A stretch of DNA of 63,763 bases, the filler included, from Octopus bimaculoides (lineage: Eukaryota), in assembly GCF_001194135.2 (NCBI RefSeq). It is 9 parts of 9 records of this genome, joined end to end, with 100 filler letters (N's around TTAATTAATTAA, not from the genome) between each part and the next. Parts side by side here need not be neighbours in the genome. Positions count along the whole stretch, not along the records: positions 55,958 to 62,580 come from NW_026376895.1; positions 62,681 to 63,763 come from NW_026368497.1; 7 more parts are not named here. One strand, 5' to 3'. This document shows, one piece after another, positions 60,241 to 63,763 of the stretch (position 1 is its first letter; each line of letters opens with the position of its first letter). Both the position numbers and the translations under genes were made by a program. The notes under the pieces were generated by a model that was not told where the DNA came from, ran no database searches, and worked only from the letters and a program-made list of their open reading frames with translations.

Positions 60241-61290
60241 TGTACTAATACTAGTTGGTTATGACTAATAACTCGTACAATGTGGGTGATAATGATGATG
60301 ATGATGATAAAGGCAAAAATAGGTAAGTGTATGGTGGCAAGGACAAGAAGAGGAAACAAAAGAGATTTTAAATGATGACAATAAATTTTCAAAATTATTT
60401 GCAAAATACAATAATGAAATAAATCAGTAAAAGTCTCTTGTTGGAGAAGAGGAAATGTGTAATAATATTACAGAACTCAATGAAGAATTCGAGCACAAAA
60501 AAATGAGTGTTTGGAACTTAGTGACGGTGGGTGGTGGGAGTAAGCTGTTGTTGGTTTCACAAATTAAAGATGGGTGGGGATTGCCGTTGGCAGAGTGAAA
60601 GCAGTATGCTGACTAAGACAATTGTCCCTTCGATACAGTTTTTTCATGTCCATCAGCAGGCTCAAGTCGGCTCTCAGTGTTTTGCTTTATTTTTTATGCA
60701 GGAGTGATGGTGATTGAGTAGAAATGTTTCAGAATTGTATTGTTATCAATAATATTAATACACCAATTTGATTTTTGTACATGCCTGACGCATGTGTCAT
60801 GCTTAAGAGAAAAAAATTGTTGAAAAAATTTTGTTGCTTAAATAAAAATTTTTAACTAAATCTCTTGCAATTTCTGGAAGAGATTTGAAACCACCACCTA
60901 TGTGTTGTATTACTACTTCTCAACACCAATGCCTACTGGGCCACCAAAACAGCAACAATCTTACTGAGAAAATTAAGATACTTAAATTTGACAGTGTGTC
61001 AAGCAAGGGAGAGAGGAAGTGAGAGAGAAAGAGAAAGGATGAGAGGAATGGCTGATAGGTGCTTGAATTCCTTTCTATGATCGAACTGAAATTGACTCCT
61101 GGCTATTAAAGGCCCAACCCTACACACACACACATTTGTTTTAGGTCTTCTATTCATTTGAATTCAGCCATACACCAGATAACATGTTAAGTCTTATGTT
61201 CTGAAAATTTAAATTTTGAATTTGTTTTAATTATAAAATTACACCTCATCTAAAAGACATCTTTTGGCTTTCAAATAAAACCTTTTCTTT

Positions 61291-61830
61291 CACTTTCTAT
61301 ATTTTTTGTTAAGTTACAATTTCTCTGTCTTGGTCAGCGTTTTTCCAATCTCTTTTTTCTTGTATCAAGTAATGGACAAAAGCATTTAAAAAGAAATTAA
61401 ATACATAGAGCTGAACAAAATCAAAAATATTAATTCTATTTTTTCCCTTTCCTTAATACTAACAAGGGCATAGTATGAGAGAGATTTGGCTGTCATTTCT
61501 AGCAAATTGAACAACCACACAGAGTTGTTCAATTGACTCATTTGTTGATGTGTATAAGTAAACAAAAACTAAAAGGCTCACACACACACATATATATGAA
61601 TGTATGTGTGTGTGTGTGTGTGTGTGTGCATGCGATAATAAGTGTCGCATGGTGGAAATAAACAAAAGTTTCTCTTTCTATATTATTTGTTAAGTTAGAA
61701 TTTCTCTGTTTTGGTCAGGATTTTTCCAATTTCTTTTTTCTTGTATCAAGCAATTGACGAAGGCATTTAAAAAAAATTGAATTCATAGAGCTGAACAAAA
61801 TCAAAAATATTAATTCTACTTTTTCCCTTT
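61291..61830. repeat. ~160-bp direct duplication (61291-61450 versus 61672-61830)
   Basis: Long identical blocks, e.g. CATAGAGCTGAACAAAATCAAAAATATTAATTCTA. Confidence 0.92.
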
Positions 61831-61894
61831 ACTTTTTACTTTCCTACAATATAATTAATTACTGTATCCTATATACTGTGTCCTTGCATATTAG

Positions 61895-61964
61895 GTGAGT
61901 ATTTCAGAAATATTTTCACCTTTTAAACAAAAACTGTCTAACACATTCATATATGTTTTTTCAG
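61895..61964 (+). other. Canonical 70-nt spliceosomal intron (predicted)
   Basis: AG|GTGAGTA donor, CTAAC branch point at 61938-61942, and a TATGTTTTTTCAG acceptor. Confidence 0.55.
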
Positions 61965-62020
61965 TTGAGACACTCTGAATTATTTTGAAGATTTATTGTT
62001 TCAATAACAAGTTTTAAAAT

Positions 62021-62400
62021 ATGGATAATCGCATGAGGGATGCAGCATGAGAGCATCAGCATAGAAGGAGAGAATGGTTGCGCAAGGAACAGTAGGAGGA
62101 AATAAGGAATCAAAATCGTACGAGGATGAGACAGAGAAGAAATGAAAGAAGCCAAGAGGAGAGGGAGCGTATCCTATGGCAGAGGTGGGAAAGAAATCAG
62201 CAAAGGATTGAACGAATGAGCCAGGACCAAAGAAAAGTGTATTTTCAAAATAACAGAGATGGAGATGAACATAATCGAGAACACATGAGTCAAGAGCAAA
62301 GACAGCTGTACTTAGAAAATATGAGATACAGAGCTGGATCTCTCTTGTCATACCAGCAAACCATAAAATCACACCAGCCAACATCACTGCCACCTCCAAT
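62021..62400 (+). pseudogene. Decayed ORF with four 23-aa STPR-like repeats (Helitron N-terminus or FMBP-1-like relic)
   Basis: AAATATGG start. SQEER, SQDQR and SQEQR recur at an exact 23-codon period. Two stops (TGA at 62048, TAG at 62093) are each one C>T change from Arg or Gln. Confidence 0.6.
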
Positions 62401-62454
62401 CCCGTCATATATGTATGTATGTATGTATGTATGTATATGCATATATTTATGTGT

Positions 62455-62580
62455 GTGTGTGTTTATGTCTGTGTTTGTCCCCCCACCACCATTGCTTGAC
62501 AACCGATGTTGGTATGTTTGCATCCCTGTGACTTAGCTGTTCAGCAGAAGACACTGATAGAATAAGCACCAGGCTTACAG
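62455..62580 (+). mobile_element. SINE family A body fragment
   Basis: TGTTTGTCCCCCC...GCTTGACAACCGATG...GATAGAATAAGCACCAGGCTT. Confidence 0.8.
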
Positions 62581-62696
62581 NNNNNNNNNNNNNNNNNNNN
62601 NNNNNNNNNNNNNNNNNNNNNNNNTTAATTAATTAANNNNNNNNNNNNNNNNNNNNNNNNNNNNNNNNNNNNNNNNNNNNATATATGCGAATCTGC

Positions 62697-62905
62697 GAGT
62701 GTTTGTGTTTGTCCCCCATCTCATCACCGCTTGCCAACCGGTGATTGAGTATTTGCGTCCCTGTAACTAGTGGTTCGGCAAAAGAGAGCGATAGAATAAT
62801 TACTAAAATAAGTCCTGGGGTTGATTGTTCGACAAAAACCCTTGAAGGCGGTGCTCCAGCACGGCCGCAGTCAAATGAGTGAAACAAGTAAAAGAATAAA
62901 AGAAT
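62697..62905 (+). mobile_element. SINE family A, 3' half
   Basis: ...AAGTCCTGGGGTTGATTG...GGCGGTGCTCCAGCACGGCCGCAGTCAAATGA...AAAAGAATAAAAGAAT. Confidence 0.85.
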
Positions 62906-62931
62906 GCGTGATGGCCAGTGCTGGTCTCTGA

Positions 62932-62984
62932 CCCTAACTTCAAAGCCCTCACCTTAAAGCCCTAAACCCTAACCCTAGCCCTAA
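62932..62984. repeat. Short degenerate (CCCTAA)n-like tract
   Basis: CCCTAAC...GCCCTAAACCCTAACCCTAGCCCTAA. Confidence 0.7.
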
Positions 62985-63432
62985 TAATTTCATAGCGTTG
63001 AGGAGGTGTAATAAGGCAGGAACATGACTCGCCGAAGATCAAAACGATTCCTCGGACTACGCTGTTTTCCCCTGACACATTGATGCGTTTTTAATTTTCT
63101 TTTTAATTAATTTAGGCTTAATTACTTATCTTTGCTGTTTTACTTCAGCGCCATAAATCATGGAGATTTGTTTCTTCCCCTCTCCCCCACCTCTCTCTCT
63201 CTCCCTCTCTTTTTGTCCGTCTCTCTTTCTCTTTTTAATAATACAGGTGATATAATCTTGATTAATTTTCTAAAATAACATTTTTCCAGATATAAGTATG
63301 TGTGTATGTGTATGCACACATACATACACACGTATATAATATACAAAAAATATATGTTAACGATTTATGTATACATACATACATATATATATATTTACGC
63401 TTGCATATACACATCTTTACATTTACAAACGT

Positions 63433-63763
63433 GGAGGCGCAATGGCCCAGTGGTTAGGGCAGCGAACTCGCGGTCATAGGATCGCGGTTTCGATTCCCAG
63501 ACCGGGCGTTGTGAGTGTTTATTGAGCGAAAACACCTAAAAGCTCCACGAGGCTCCGGCAGGGGATGGTGGCGAACCCTGCTGTACTCTTCCACCACAAC
63601 TTTCCCTCACTCTTACTTCCTGTTTCTGTTGTGCCTGTAATTCAAAGGGGCCAGCCTTGTCACACTGTGTCATGCTGAATATCCCCGAGAACTACGTTAA
63701 GGGTACACGTGTCTGTGGAGTGCTCAGCCACTTGCATGTTAATTTCACGAGCAGGCTGTTCCG
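63433..63763 (+). mobile_element. SINE family C (tRNA-derived), runs off the window end
   Basis: GGAGGCGCAATGGCCCAGTGG (A-box) ... GGTTTCGATTCCC (B-box), followed by a non-tRNA body shared with 40722. Confidence 0.88.

Larger units (their letters stand above)
5692..62636. other. Assembly gap spacer TTAATTAATTAA (8 occurrences: 5692, 9375, 24645, 28738, 38102, 47845, 55902, 62625)
   Basis: Each is flanked by about 44 N on both sides, giving a 100-bp block; the 12-mer has stop codons in all six frames. Confidence 0.95.

Noticed and set aside
60255-60540. Two-exon model using the AG|GTAAGT donor at 60322
   Set aside because: Available acceptors put the second exon out of frame, leading to a stop.
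62932-62984. True telomere or telomere-fusion site
   Set aside because: Only about 5 degenerate units, internal, with no inverted array; more likely part of an interspersed repeat.

Overview
Repeat-saturated, AT-rich animal genomic DNA from a draft assembly (roughly 7 kb of N). The SINE families, RTE 3' ends and microsatellite density look like a coleoid cephalopod (Octopus-type) genome; this is inference from recognised repeat families. I cannot support any complete host gene, rRNA, functional tRNA or CRISPR array. The window is a graveyard of mobile elements: four tRNA-headed SINE families (more than 20 fragments), two RTE LINE families, an R4/Dong-type LINE, a Penelope-like RT relic, Tc1, mariner, two maT (DD37D) copies, a hAT transposase relic hit by two RTE insertions, and Tigger/pogo ends. 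Most long ORFs in the supplied track are artefacts of N-gaps or microsatellites. The most interesting signals are structural. (1) Four minimal type-I hammerhead-ribozyme-like motifs occur in two repeat families. Two of them sit back-to-back in a ~237-bp palindrome whose arms together reconstruct a canonical core, and a Penelope-like RT relic lies in the same window. (2) A canonical 70-nt intron precedes a decayed ORF of exact 23-aa (STPR-like) repeats. (3) There are several long fold-backs (~400 bp; ~119 bp with a perfect 22-bp stem). (4) There are captured rearrangements: an in-frame hAT-RTE junction, an inverted mariner segment fused to a SINE head, and a template-switch palindrome visible against its paralogue. 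The recurring TTAATTAATTAA inside 100-bp gaps is an assembly spacer, not biology.
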